64,000 bases of DNA from Isosphaeraceae bacterium (lineage in GTDB: Bacteria; Planctomycetota; Planctomycetia; Isosphaerales; Isosphaeraceae): the NCBI GenBank assembly GCA_965201075.1, contig CBDAVP010000001.1, forward strand, positions 1-64,000, in the 5' to 3' direction. Positions 1 through 9,063 of this stretch are shown here, piece after piece (position 1 is the first letter of the stretch; every line of letters starts with the position of its first letter). The notes beneath the pieces are model-generated. The model was not told the DNA's origin. It did no database searches and saw only the letters and a list, made by a program, of their open reading frames with translations. The translations under genes and the position numbers were made by a program.

Positions 1-359
1 GTCCGGCTAGGCCACAACCGAGATCTCGATGTCGAGACCCCAACCACCTGAGGGGAGCGGAGGAAGTTTCCGAATCGAGCCAGGTGCGGAGAGCCGCGAA
101 CCCGGTCCAGACAGCAGTCAAGAAGGGCCGAATGAGATCCAGGTGATGATGACCAAGAAATCTCAAAAAAAATTCCCAGAATTCCCGCGCGACGCTCATC
201 AAGGTCACGAATCTAAAGAGGGAGGAACTCGACTCCGACCCCAAACCCAGGCGCACCCGGACCACGCACCAAATCCTGATCCCCAAATTAACAACACGAC
301 GCCCAAATTCCATCGCCCTTGGCTCAAAACTCAAAACCCCATCCAAAGCCAACTTCCTC

Positions 360-1478
360 ATGGCCGCCACCCTTCGCCAACTGATCGCCCAGTACGAACT
401 CGTCGTCGCCGGAGACCCCAACCTCGGCCCATTCGACGACCTCCCGCTCCCCGACGAGGAGCGCGCCGCCATCCAGATCCGCGCCGACCAGTGGTGCTCC
501 TCCCTGAAACCCAACAACGCCATCGAAATGTGGCTCCTGGAACAGGTCTGCCTCCAGGCCCTGCGCCTCGAACGCTGCCAGGTGGATGAGGCCGTCCATC
601 GAGACGCCCTCGCCCGCCGCGCCATCGAAAGCTGGGACGACGACCGCCGCCGCGAGGCCGAGCAACTCGCCCAGAAATTACCCAAATCCCCCGCCGCCAT
701 CGCCTACCAGCTCCGCTCCACCCGCGCCGGCGCCGCCTGGCTCCTCCAACGCTGGACCGAGTTGCAAGCCCTCCTCGACGCCGGCACCCCCTGGGACACC
801 GCCCAGAAATCCCGAGCCCTCCAGCTCCTGGGCTTCCCCAACGAATCCCCCGAAGCCCTCCCCCTCGCTCCGGCCGACCGGCTCGTCCTGGTCCGTTCCG
901 AAATCGCGCGTCTCCAAACGCTCCACGACGGCCCCCTCGCCGACCTCGACCACCGATCCCGAGCCGCCGCCGCTCGCGGCCTCGGCCCCGCGATCCTCGC
1001 CGCCCTGGCCCCCCTGCGTCGCCAGGAAACCAGCATCGCCCGCCGACTGGAATGGCTCCTGAGCCGCTTCCAATCGGGCCGTCGTCCCGCCAACCTCGCC
1101 CCCGGCTACCGCAAAGACCCCGACGGAGACCTCGTCTACGTCGACCGAAGCATGCAGCCCGCCTACATCCCCCCCGACGTCGACCCCGCCACCGTCCCCC
1201 CCATCAAGGAACCCAGCAACGAACCCAAGCCCAACCCCAGACGCAAACCCCAGCGAGCCAGTTCCACCCCGCTCCCGCCCCTCTGGAACTTCACCCCCGC
1301 GCAATCCTTCAATCCTTCACCCCCAAAGAACCCGAACACCACGAACTTCCCTCGTTGCGACGCTCTGCGTCGTGACGCGCCCCCGGCCACTCCGCGACCC
1401 GTCCCATCCGAAGTCAGTCGCCAGCATCGCCCCGCCTGGCGATCCGAAGACCCCAACCCACCACGCCCCAACTTGTAG
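360..1478 (+). CDS. Hypothetical protein resembling a multicopy Isosphaeraceae family (helical core, Pro-rich tail)
   Basis: 372-aa ORF with biased codon use. Motifs 'WCSSLKPNNAIEMWLLEQV...RLERCQ', 'WDDDRRREAE' and 'LRSTRAGAAWLLQRW' recalled from planctomycete hypothetical proteins. Confidence 0.7.
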   Translation: MAATLRQLIAQYELVVAGDPNLGPFDDLPLPDEERAAIQIRADQWCSSLKPNNAIEMWLLEQVCLQALRLERCQVDEAVHRDALARRAIESWDDDRRREAEQLAQKLPKSPAAIAYQLRSTRAGAAWLLQRWTELQALLDAGTPWDTAQKSRALQLLGFPNESPEALPLAPADRLVLVRSEIARLQTLHDGPLADLDHRSRAAAARGLGPAILAALAPLRRQETSIARRLEWLLSRFQSGRRPANLAPGYRKDPDGDLVYVDRSMQPAYIPPDVDPATVPPIKEPSNEPKPNPRRKPQRASSTPLPPLWNFTPAQSFNPSPPKNPNTTNFPRCDALRRDAPPATPRPVPSEVSRQHRPAWRSEDPNPPRPNL

Positions 1479-1594
1479 CCACCCCGGCCACGGTTTAAGA
1501 TCAATCCGTACACGGGGCCCACTCGCCCGGCCACGCCGCCAGGGGCCCCGCCACCAACGCAACGCGAACTCCCCAGCGAGGGCCCGCCCCGGCG

Positions 1595-2588
1595 ATGGCC
1601 GATCGAGACTATTACGAAGTGCTGGGGGTCGCCCGCGACGCCACCCCCGACCAACTGAAAAAGGCCTATCGCGCCCTCGCGCGCAAGCACCACCCCGACG
1701 TCAACCCCGGCTCCAAGGACGCCGAACGTCTCTTCAAGGAGACCCAGGCCGCCTACGACCTGCTCAACGACCCCGAAAAACGAGCCCTCTACGACCGCTT
1801 CGGCCACGCCGCCTTCCAGGGAGGACCGCCTCCCGGCCCCCGATCCGCCGGAGCCGAATGGGCCGCCCGCTCCGGAGCAGGCGCCGGCGGCTTTGAGAAC
1901 ATCGACCTGGGCGACTTCTTCCGGGCCGGTCAAGAAGCCGACACCAGCGGAGGGGCAGGGGGGGGAGCCGGAATCTTCGACGAACTCCTCGGCCGCATGC
2001 GCTCCGGACGCCCCGGAGGCCGACGCCTGGGCCCCCGTCCCGGTCGCGACATCAACGCCTCCCTGGCCATCCCCTTCGTCACCGCCGTCCTCGGCGGCGA
2101 AACCACCATCGAGGTCGAACGAGAGCCCGGCCACCGCGAGGCCCTCGACGTCAAGATCCCCCCCCGGAACCGAGCCCGGCGCCCGCCTGCGCCTCCGGGG
2201 CAAGGGCGAGCCCGGCGAAAAAAACGCCCTCGCCGGCTCACTCACCATCACCGTCGAGGTCGAACCTCACCCCCTCTTCTCCCGGGACGGCCGCAACCTC
2301 GGCCTGGAACTCCCCATCTCCGTCTCCGAGGCCATCCTGGGCGCCCGGGTCGAGGTCCCCACCCTCCACGAGGAAACCAAGACCCTGACCATCCCCCCCG
2401 GAGCTTCCACCGGCCAGAAGCTGCGACTCCGGGGCCAGGGAGTCCCCGCCTCGGCCATCCACCCCGCCGGCGACCTCCTGCTCACCCTCAAGGTCATGGT
2501 CCCCAGGGGCATCGACGACACCAGCCGCGACTTGATCCAGCAATTCGCCGACCGCAACCCCTTCAACCCCCGCTCCGGCCTCTGGTGA
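1595..2588 (+). pseudogene. cbpA: DnaJ-class curved-DNA-binding co-chaperone CbpA, split by a +1 frameshift in a C8 tract (2158-2165)
   Basis: J domain (DYYEVLGV...HHPDVN) in the 1595 frame. DnaJ C-terminal domain ([16 protein letters not shown]...GDLLLTLKV) in another frame ending at 2588. Removing one C restores KIPPGTEPG. Could be an assembly error. Confidence 0.85.
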
Positions 2589-2592
2589 GATC

Positions 2593-2925
2593 ATGAGCGA
2601 GCCGTTCTTCCCCCGAACCCTGGTGGCCGAGCGCCTCTCCGTGACAACCGCGACCCTCCTGCGCCTCGAATCCCGGGGGCTGGTCCAATCGATCCACTTC
2701 GGCGACGAAACCGGCTACGGTCCGGCCGAAATCCGCCGCCTCTGGACCATTTTGAGCCTCCAACGAGACCTCGGAGTGAACCTCAACGGGGTCGAGGCGG
2801 TCCTGACCCTCCGGGGGCACATCGACCAACTCCACGCCCAACTCGCCCGCCTCGCCAACGACTGGCAAGCCGCGCTGGACGCCCCGGAGGAGGCAGAGCC
2901 CCATGCCCCCCAGCCTCAACCCTGA
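2593..2925 (+). CDS. cbpM: CbpM-like chaperone modulator (MerR-type HTH)
   Basis: Directly follows cbpA; motif '[19 protein letters not shown]'. Confidence 0.8.
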   Translation: MSEPFFPRTLVAERLSVTTATLLRLESRGLVQSIHFGDETGYGPAEIRRLWTILSLQRDLGVNLNGVEAVLTLRGHIDQLHAQLARLANDWQAALDAPEEAEPHAPQPQP

Positions 2926-3205
2926 CGCACCCAACCACCGGCCAGGCCGCCGAGTCCCCGCCAACGCCCGCCGACGAGTCGGCCACCTCGCCGCCACCTG
3001 GCTCGGCCTGACCCTGGGCACCGTGGCGACGGTTTCCGCCCTGATCCTCTGGCACCTGGCCCGCCGGGGCCGCCTCATCCGCGAAAACCTGGCCCCCCCC
3101 CGGATCGTGAAATGGGACGAGATTCCGCCCAGCCCCAGCCCCAGCCCCAGCCCCAACCCAAACCCGAATTCCAACCCGCCAGCTCAGAGACCACCTCCGA
3201 CGTGA
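2903..3205 (+). CDS. Small single-TM hypothetical protein with a PS/PN repeat tail
   Basis: Hydrophobic segment [20 protein letters not shown] followed by RRGR. Its stop overlaps the rnpA GTG start. Confidence 0.6.
   Translation: MPPSLNPDAPNHRPGRRVPANARRRVGHLAATWLGLTLGTVATVSALILWHLARRGRLIRENLAPPRIVKWDEIPPSPSPSPSPNPNPNSNPPAQRPPPT
3128..3169 (+). repeat. 6-bp coding tandem repeat (CCCAGC x4, then degenerate)
   Basis: cccagc repeated, encoding [14 protein letters not shown]. Confidence 0.8.
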
Positions 3206-3603
3206 CCCCCGCCCCCGCCCCCGCCGCCGCGTCTCGGGAAACCTTCCGCCCTCACGAGCGGATCAAGCATCCCGACGACTTCCGCCGAGCCTTCGACCGC
3301 AAGCGCTCCGCCGCCGACCCCTGGCTGATCGTCTACGGAGTCGAGAACGGGCGAGACCACCCCCGCCTCGGCCTCTCGGTCTCAAAACGAAGGGTCCGCA
3401 AGGCCCACGACCGAAACCGAGTCAAGCGTCTGCTCCGCGAAGCCTTCCGCCTCAGCAAACCCCAACTGCCCCCCGGCCTCGACCTCGTCATCGTCCCCCG
3501 AGGCCCCGCCCTCACCTTCGAACAGGCCCGAAAATCCCTACCCGATCTCGCCCAGGCCATCGCCCGACGCCTCGGAACCCGTCCCCCCCGGCGCACGCCA
3601 TGA
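3202..3603 (+). CDS. rnpA: Ribonuclease P protein component
   Basis: [29 protein letters not shown] (RNR motif). Probable GTG start at 3202. Confidence 0.95.
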   Translation: MTPAPAPAAASRETFRPHERIKHPDDFRRAFDRKRSAADPWLIVYGVENGRDHPRLGLSVSKRRVRKAHDRNRVKRLLREAFRLSKPQLPPGLDLVIVPRGPALTFEQARKSLPDLAQAIARRLGTRPPRRTP

Positions 3604-3845
3604 CCCCAACGCAACTCCTCCAATGGCCTGGCCAACTCCTGGTCGCCGCAATGGTCCTGACCATCAAAACCTACCAATGGACAATCGCCCCCCTGCTCGG
3701 CCCCTGCTGCCGGTTCGAGCCAAGTTGCAGCCGTTACACCATCGAAGCCCTGCGCAAGTACGGACCAATCCTCGGGCTCGCCAAGGGCATCTGGAGAATC
3801 CTCCGCTGCCACCCCTGGAGCCCCGGAGGCGTCGACCCCCCCTGA
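3600..3845 (+). CDS. yidD: Membrane protein insertion efficiency factor YidD
   Basis: [10 protein letters not shown]...[15 protein letters not shown]; coupled to rnpA by an ATGA overlap. Confidence 0.95.
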   Translation: MTPTQLLQWPGQLLVAAMVLTIKTYQWTIAPLLGPCCRFEPSCSRYTIEALRKYGPILGLAKGIWRILRCHPWSPGGVDPP

Positions 3846-3995
3846 ATCCGGGTCCACCTCAATTCCTCGGGGAAACCCACACCTCGTCCCCCGGTCCTCC
3901 TGGGGGACGCCCTCCCCGGCCCGAATCACCCAGGAACAAGAGCAACGAAGACCACCCCGAAGCACGGCCCGGCGAAGGGAATCCAGATTCAAACC

Positions 3996-4709
3996 CTATT
4001 CCTCGCGAATCGCCCCGGCAAGCGCCTCCAAACTCCGCAAAGCCTCGGGAATTCGCCCATCACGATCCACCAGCACCGCGAGACACCCCGCCCGTCTCGG
4101 CCCCCGAAGGTCATTCTCCGGGTCATCCCCCACGCAAAGCACCCGGTCCGGAGGAAGCCCCAGGCTCGCGCAGGCGGCCCGGTAGAATTCCGCGTGAGGT
4201 TTGCGATGGCCAACTTCCGAGGAGATGATGACCCCCTCGGCCAACCCTTCCAAACCCGGCAAACCCAACAAAACACCCCGAAGCCGCCCATCGAAGTTCG
4301 AAGCCACCCTTAAAGGCACACCCGCACGCTGCAGATCCGCCAACATCGGCGCGACATCGGGAAAGGCGACCCAGGCCGAGGGCCGGCCGAAGTGGTCCCA
4401 AAGCTCGTCGAAGGCGCGTTCCGGCTCGGGAACCTCGGGCAACACGGCCGAAACGATCCGTCGCCAGCGAACCCGCTCCCGCTCCTCATCGGTCGACAGC
4501 GGCCCCCGCGGGTCATCGTCGCCATCGTCATCGCCAAACGCCTTCACGAATCGCGACCGGACCTCTCGGCGGTCCAGACTCACCCCCTGACGCGCCGCCG
4601 CCTCGGTATAGGCGACGGCCACCGAGGGCGTCGGGTCGATTAAAGTCCCCACCGCGTCGAGGACGATCCCCTCGATACGACTCTGTCCGTCGCCGCCAAT
4701 CATCGTCAA
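3996..4709 (-). CDS. HAD-IA family hydrolase
   Basis: LDAVGTL, SNFD, RKP and VGDD...ND motifs. Start may be the ATG at 4703. Confidence 0.9.
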   Translation of the reverse strand: MTMIGGDGQSRIEGIVLDAVGTLIDPTPSVAVAYTEAAARQGVSLDRREVRSRFVKAFGDDDGDDDPRGPLSTDEERERVRWRRIVSAVLPEVPEPERAFDELWDHFGRPSAWVAFPDVAPMLADLQRAGVPLRVASNFDGRLRGVLLGLPGLEGLAEGVIISSEVGHRKPHAEFYRAACASLGLPPDRVLCVGDDPENDLRGPRRAGCLAVLVDRDGRIPEALRSLEALAGAIREE

Positions 4710-5034
4710 CCCCCCAAGCGTGGCCCGACCAGCCCGGTCCCCACGTAGGAAAAAAGGGCGGGCGCAACCCCCAGGAGCGGGCCTAGGCTTGCCACAGGCA
4801 CAGACCTCCGGAGTTCAAACCGATGCCCAGCAACATCCCCCACCGGCCCCACCCAGGTGCCCCCAGCCGGCCCAACATCGAATCCCCCGACCCCCAGACC
4901 CGGGCTCTCGGCCGTCGCCGGTCGCTCGACGAACAGCAGCGAAACTTCCAGACCGCCAAGGCTCCCGCTCGTCCCAAACGCCCGAATTGACCAGGAATTT
5001 CCGCCGACCGAAGCTCCCACGACCCCCCGGCGGC

Positions 5035-6090
5035 TCAAGGCAACTTCCCCGGGCGAACCAGGCCGGCCTGGACATCCACATCCAGGTCGGCCACTTGCCC
5101 GGCGGCCAACTTGGCGAACGCCACACCGGCCATCGCGGCATTATCCGTGCACAAATCCATCGGCGGAATGATCACCTCGAACCCTTCAGGCTCAAGCCCA
5201 GCCAGCCGTTCGCGGAGCCGGCCATTGGCGGCCACGCCCCCGCCCACCCCCAACCGTCGATGCCCCGTCCGAATTAACGCCTGGCGAGCCTTCCCCACCA
5301 ACACATCGACCGCCGCCTCCTGAAAACTCGCCGCCAGGTCCGCCACCCGCCGGGGGTCGGGAGCCACCGCCTCGCCCCGCCCATCCTGCCCCTTCCAGGC
5401 ATAAAGCACGGCCGTCTTCAACCCCGAGTAGCTGAAGTCCAGCCGCTCATCGCGCAGAAACGGCCTCGGGAACGAATACGCCTTCGGGTTCCCATCTCGT
5501 GCCGCTCGCTCGATCCCCGGACCACCGGGATAACCCAACCCCAGCAACGCGGCCACCTTATCAAACGCCTCGCCCGCGGCATCGTCGATCGTCCCACCCA
5601 GCAAGGTCGAGTCGATCGGCCCCCGACAATCAAACAAACTCGAATGCCCGCCCGAGGCCACCAGACCCACGCACGGGTAAACTTCCCGGTCGGGGAAGGC
5701 CAACTGGCAGGCATAAAGGTGCCCCTCCAGGTGGTCCACCGCCACTAAAGGAACACCCAAAGCCAGGGCCAGCGCCTTGGCGGCGGTCAGGCCAACGACC
5801 AGGGCACCGACCAACCCCGGGCGAGTCGCCACGGCCACCGCGCCCACCTCGGCCAAGGTCACGCCAGCCCGTCGCAACGCCTCGTCAATGACCGGCAGCA
5901 CCTGGCGAACATGAGCCCGAGCGGCAACTTCCGGCACAACCCCGCCAAACCTTTGATGCAAATCGATCTGCGAAGCCACGACGCTGGAAAGCACCCTCGG
6001 CACGCCCAACTCAGGAGGCCGGGGCCCGATCAGGACCGCCGCCCCGGTCTCATCGCAGGTGGTCTCTAGCGCAAGCAAAATCAACGACAC
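5035..6090 (-). CDS. tsaD: tRNA N6-adenosine threonylcarbamoyltransferase TsaD
   Basis: LALETTCDET, GGVVPEVAARAH, HLEGH, DDAAGEAFDK, CTDNAAM. GTG start at 6090. Confidence 0.95.
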   Translation of the reverse strand: MSLILLALETTCDETGAAVLIGPRPPELGVPRVLSSVVASQIDLHQRFGGVVPEVAARAHVRQVLPVIDEALRRAGVTLAEVGAVAVATRPGLVGALVVGLTAAKALALALGVPLVAVDHLEGHLYACQLAFPDREVYPCVGLVASGGHSSLFDCRGPIDSTLLGGTIDDAAGEAFDKVAALLGLGYPGGPGIERAARDGNPKAYSFPRPFLRDERLDFSYSGLKTAVLYAWKGQDGRGEAVAPDPRRVADLAASFQEAAVDVLVGKARQALIRTGHRRLGVGGGVAANGRLRERLAGLEPEGFEVIIPPMDLCTDNAAMAGVAFAKLAAGQVADLDVDVQAGLVRPGKLP

Positions 6091-6192
6091 GAGACCTCGC
6101 CGATCAATCATGCTCGTCGGACCCGCTCTCCCGAGCAACCTTCCAAGCCACCAGTTGCGAGGCGACGGTGCAGGGTCCGTTGTACCGCGAAG

Positions 6193-6444
6193 TTAGGCGG
6201 CCTCAACCTGCATCCGCAGCGTTTGCCCTCGGCTATGCAGCGAAAGGAGTTGATTCGGTCGCAACGTGTGCAACCCAGAGGTGGAGCCCGAGTTGTCGCA
6301 GAATTCCACCTCGAAGGCCTCACCGTCCCCAAACACATCAACCACCACCCCGACCTCGCCGGCCGTTAGCCCCAGGGACGGGATCTCCGCCGTCAAGGCA
6401 ATCGTATCGAGGCGTTCAATGTGGGTGCCCATCGAGATTCTCAC
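6193..6444 (-). CDS. DUF4926-family protein (putative antitoxin/immunity)
   Basis: LDTIAL...GLTAGEVGVVVDV...AFEVEFCDNSG; coupled to the upstream gene by a GTGA overlap. Confidence 0.8.
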   Translation of the reverse strand: MRISMGTHIERLDTIALTAEIPSLGLTAGEVGVVVDVFGDGEAFEVEFCDNSGSTSGLHTLRPNQLLSLHSRGQTLRMQVEAA

Positions 6445-6779
6445 TTAGGCAGGACGTAACAGGTTGTCAATCGCGGGAAATCCTCGCCCGTCCGGATGAC
6501 CCACGCCGAACGGACCAGGGCGGCACCGAATTGGCTGGCAATCTCGAAATCGAGGTGGTATCGATCTCCAAACTCGTCGGATTTCTCGATGACGGCCTGG
6601 CCATCGACCGCAGCCTCCATGAGCCAATCTCGGAGGATATGCGCATCGTTGGCCGTCAGGCCCAGGGCCGCGCGGGACACAACGGCCGTGTACCTGCTGA
6701 CCGGATGTATTGGGGACAGGCAAGAATCGCGGAGTTTGCGAAGTTCGACTTCGGCTCGGTCGGCGTCCGGAAGCCCCAC
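6441..6779 (-). CDS. DUF6883-family protein (putative toxin/nuclease)
   Basis: LPDADRAEV..RKLRD.CL..HP...FGDRY..DF...VRSAW.IR.GEDFPRLTTCYV. Confidence 0.75.
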   Translation of the reverse strand: MGLPDADRAEVELRKLRDSCLSPIHPVSRYTAVVSRAALGLTANDAHILRDWLMEAAVDGQAVIEKSDEFGDRYHLDFEIASQFGAALVRSAWVIRTGEDFPRLTTCYVLPK

Positions 6780-6785
6780 CCATCG

Positions 6786-6814
6786 ATCGTATCATCGCGC
6801 CGTTCAGGTCTCAA
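6786..6814 (-). promoter_or_regulatory. Sigma70-type promoter giving a near-leaderless DUF6883 transcript
   Basis: TTGAGA-N17-TACGAT, ending 6 nt before the GTG start. Confidence 0.55.
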
Positions 6815-6839
6815 GGCATGCGGCTCAATGGTAATACAA

Positions 6840-8339
6840 TCAGTTGCGCGCCGTGGTGGTCGAAGCCTCGGCCAGCTTCCCGCGGAGATACTCCAGCGCC
6901 TTCGTCAACTGGCGATCCTCCACCGGCTTCTTGGGCTCGCCCTTCTTGACCTCATCGGCCTTGGGCTCGTCCTTCTTGACCTCATCGGCCTTGGGAGCCT
7001 CATCCTTCTTGGGCTCGGGGGTGGCCGGTTTTGGGTTCTCGACTAGCGGCTTGTGAGACTTTCCGTGGGCCGAAAGGTCATGGTCGCGGCGGGATACGGC
7101 CCAATGCTCGTAGTCCTCGTCGGAAAGCTTCACCGTCAGCCCATCGTCGGGCGAAACGCCCCACTCGTCGGAGTCCTTGGCGTCCTTGGCCCGGTGGATA
7201 TTCTTGCCCGAGGGACGCCAGTACGTCTGGGTCGTCAACTTCAGGACGCTGTTGCCATCCTCCAACGGCAGGATGTTCTGCACCGACCCCTTGCCATAAC
7301 TGCGCTGACCGACAACCACCGCTCGCTTGTGGTCCTGAAGCGCGGCCGAGACGATCTCGGCGGCCGAGGCCGAATGCTGATTGACCAGCACGGCCATCGG
7401 GAATCCGGTGAACGTCCCATCCTTCTCGGCCGAGTACGCCTTGTCGCGGACGTTCCGCCCCTTGGTGGTGACGATGAAGCCATCCTCCAGGAACAGGTCC
7501 GAGACCTCCACCGCCGCCGACAGCAACCCGCCGGGATTATCGCGCAGGTCCAGCACCAGGGCCTTCATCCCCTGGCCCTTCAACTGCTCCAGGGCCTTCT
7601 TCACCTCGTCGCTGGTGGTACCGACGAAGCTGGTCACGCGGAGGTAGCCAATCTTCTTCTCCGGGTCAATCCAGAAGTCCCAAGTGTCATCCAGGTTGCG
7701 CGCATTTCCCAGCACGCTGGGCATCTCGACCTGGGCCCGGCTCATTGCCAGGGTCTCGGTTTTCTCGCTCCCGGGATGCAGCACGAGCAGCTTGACCTCG
7801 GTTCCGGCGCGACCCTTCAGGGCATCGACGGCCTTGTCCGGGGTCAGCCCCTCGGTGCTCTTGCCGTCAATCTCCAGAATCAGGTCGCCAGCCAGAACCC
7901 CCGCCCCATAAGCCGGCGATCCCGGCACCGGCGCGATCACCTTCAAGCGTTTGGCGTCGGCGTCGTAGCCGACCTGGATGCCGATGCCGATGAAACTGCC
8001 CTGAATCTGCCTCTGGAACTGCTGCCATTCCGAAGTGCTGATGAACGTCGAGTGCGGGTCGAGATCCTGAAGCATTCCCCGCAGGGCGCTTTCCAGCAAT
8101 TCCCGGCGGTCGATCTTGCGGTAGTAGTTGGATTCGACTTGCTCGACAGCGTCAACGAAGACGCCGTAAAGCTCCATCAGCTCATCCTTGGGCTTGGCGG
8201 CCGAGGCGGCGGCGGGCGTGTCGGCCTTCTCGTCCTTGGCCTTTTTCTCGGCATCGTCGTCGGCGAACGACGCGCTCGCGATCCAAAGCGGGGCGAGACC
8301 ACCGATCAACGCGATCACCCAGAATTTCCGGCTCGGCAT
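6840..8339 (-). CDS. ctpA: S41A carboxyl-terminal processing protease
   Basis: Signal peptide, PDZ domain, DLRDNPGGLL, SASAAEIV, GKGSVQ. Confidence 0.93.
   Translation of the reverse strand: MPSRKFWVIALIGGLAPLWIASASFADDDAEKKAKDEKADTPAAASAAKPKDELMELYGVFVDAVEQVESNYYRKIDRRELLESALRGMLQDLDPHSTFISTSEWQQFQRQIQGSFIGIGIQVGYDADAKRLKVIAPVPGSPAYGAGVLAGDLILEIDGKSTEGLTPDKAVDALKGRAGTEVKLLVLHPGSEKTETLAMSRAQVEMPSVLGNARNLDDTWDFWIDPEKKIGYLRVTSFVGTTSDEVKKALEQLKGQGMKALVLDLRDNPGGLLSAAVEVSDLFLEDGFIVTTKGRNVRDKAYSAEKDGTFTGFPMAVLVNQHSASAAEIVSAALQDHKRAVVVGQRSYGKGSVQNILPLEDGNSVLKLTTQTYWRPSGKNIHRAKDAKDSDEWGVSPDDGLTVKLSDEDYEHWAVSRRDHDLSAHGKSHKPLVENPKPATPEPKKDEAPKADEVKKDEPKADEVKKGEPKKPVEDRQLTKALEYLRGKLAEASTTTARN
6931..6995. 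repeat. 30-bp coding tandem repeat in the ctpA tail (PKADEVKKDE)
   Basis: ttgggctcgNccttcttgacctcatcggcc x2 plus a partial copy. Confidence 0.85.
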
Positions 8340-8410
8340 GGCCCCGACCCTCCCGTTGTCGCAAGCCCTTTGGCGGCGCGTTGGCGCCGTTCGGGGGACG
8401 CAATTCCCCT

Positions 8411-8440
8411 AATGTAGTCCATCGTCTCCCGGGCCGGCAA
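8411..8440 (-). promoter_or_regulatory. Putative sigma70 promoter of ctpA
   Basis: TTGCCG-N18-TACATT. Confidence 0.45.
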
Positions 8441-8475
8441 GCGGGGCCAATGCCGACCAGCCCGAAGCGCCTCGG

Positions 8476-8862
8476 TCATTCCACGTAATACTTCGTCAAC
8501 GCTCGCGAGACGACGTGGATCACCGCATGGCGGCTGATCGGCTTGGACAGCACGCAGAAGGCATCCGCCGAAAGCGCCCGCCGCAACAGCCCCTCATCCC
8601 GGCTGGCCGAGATCAGGATCGTGGGCAAGAGCCCCCGAATCTGGCGGACGATCTCCATCGTCTCCAGCCCGGTCAGCTTGGGCAGGTTGAAGTCCATCAA
8701 AACCAGGTGGACCGGCTGGGCGCGGACGATATCAATCGCTTCCTCGCCGCTTTCGGCCAGGAAGGTCCGATAACCCTGGGGCTCGAAGATCTCCCGCAAC
8801 GTCTCCCGCTGGGCGGGATCGTCGTCGGTGATCAGCAGTGAGTAGGGATGTACCGCGGTCAT
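8476..8862 (-). CDS. Single-domain response regulator (receiver)
   Basis: LLITDDD, LMDFNLP and SKP motifs; ATG at 8862. Confidence 0.9.
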   Translation of the reverse strand: MTAVHPYSLLITDDDPAQRETLREIFEPQGYRTFLAESGEEAIDIVRAQPVHLVLMDFNLPKLTGLETMEIVRQIRGLLPTILISASRDEGLLRRALSADAFCVLSKPISRHAVIHVVSRALTKYYVE

Positions 8863-9063
8863 GGTCCAACGACCCCGAACGCCTCGACCATCCTCGGAGG
8901 CAGGTGTCTGAAGACACCCAGAGCAAGCCCCGGGCCGCCGACATCCCTGGCGCCCAAATTCCAGGATAGTCGTGGTCGTAATGACCGGCAAGGTCGATTG
9001 TTAAGAAATCGCCAACGTTCCGGTAATCGACAACGGTCCGCCCGGTTCTCGCCACATTGGCAG

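Noticed and set aside
4706..5038. 110-aa ORF overlapping tsaD and the HAD gene by 4 nt each
   Set aside because: TTG start, Gly-rich low-complexity sequence and no recognisable motif. It cannot be supported, though a small gene is not excluded.
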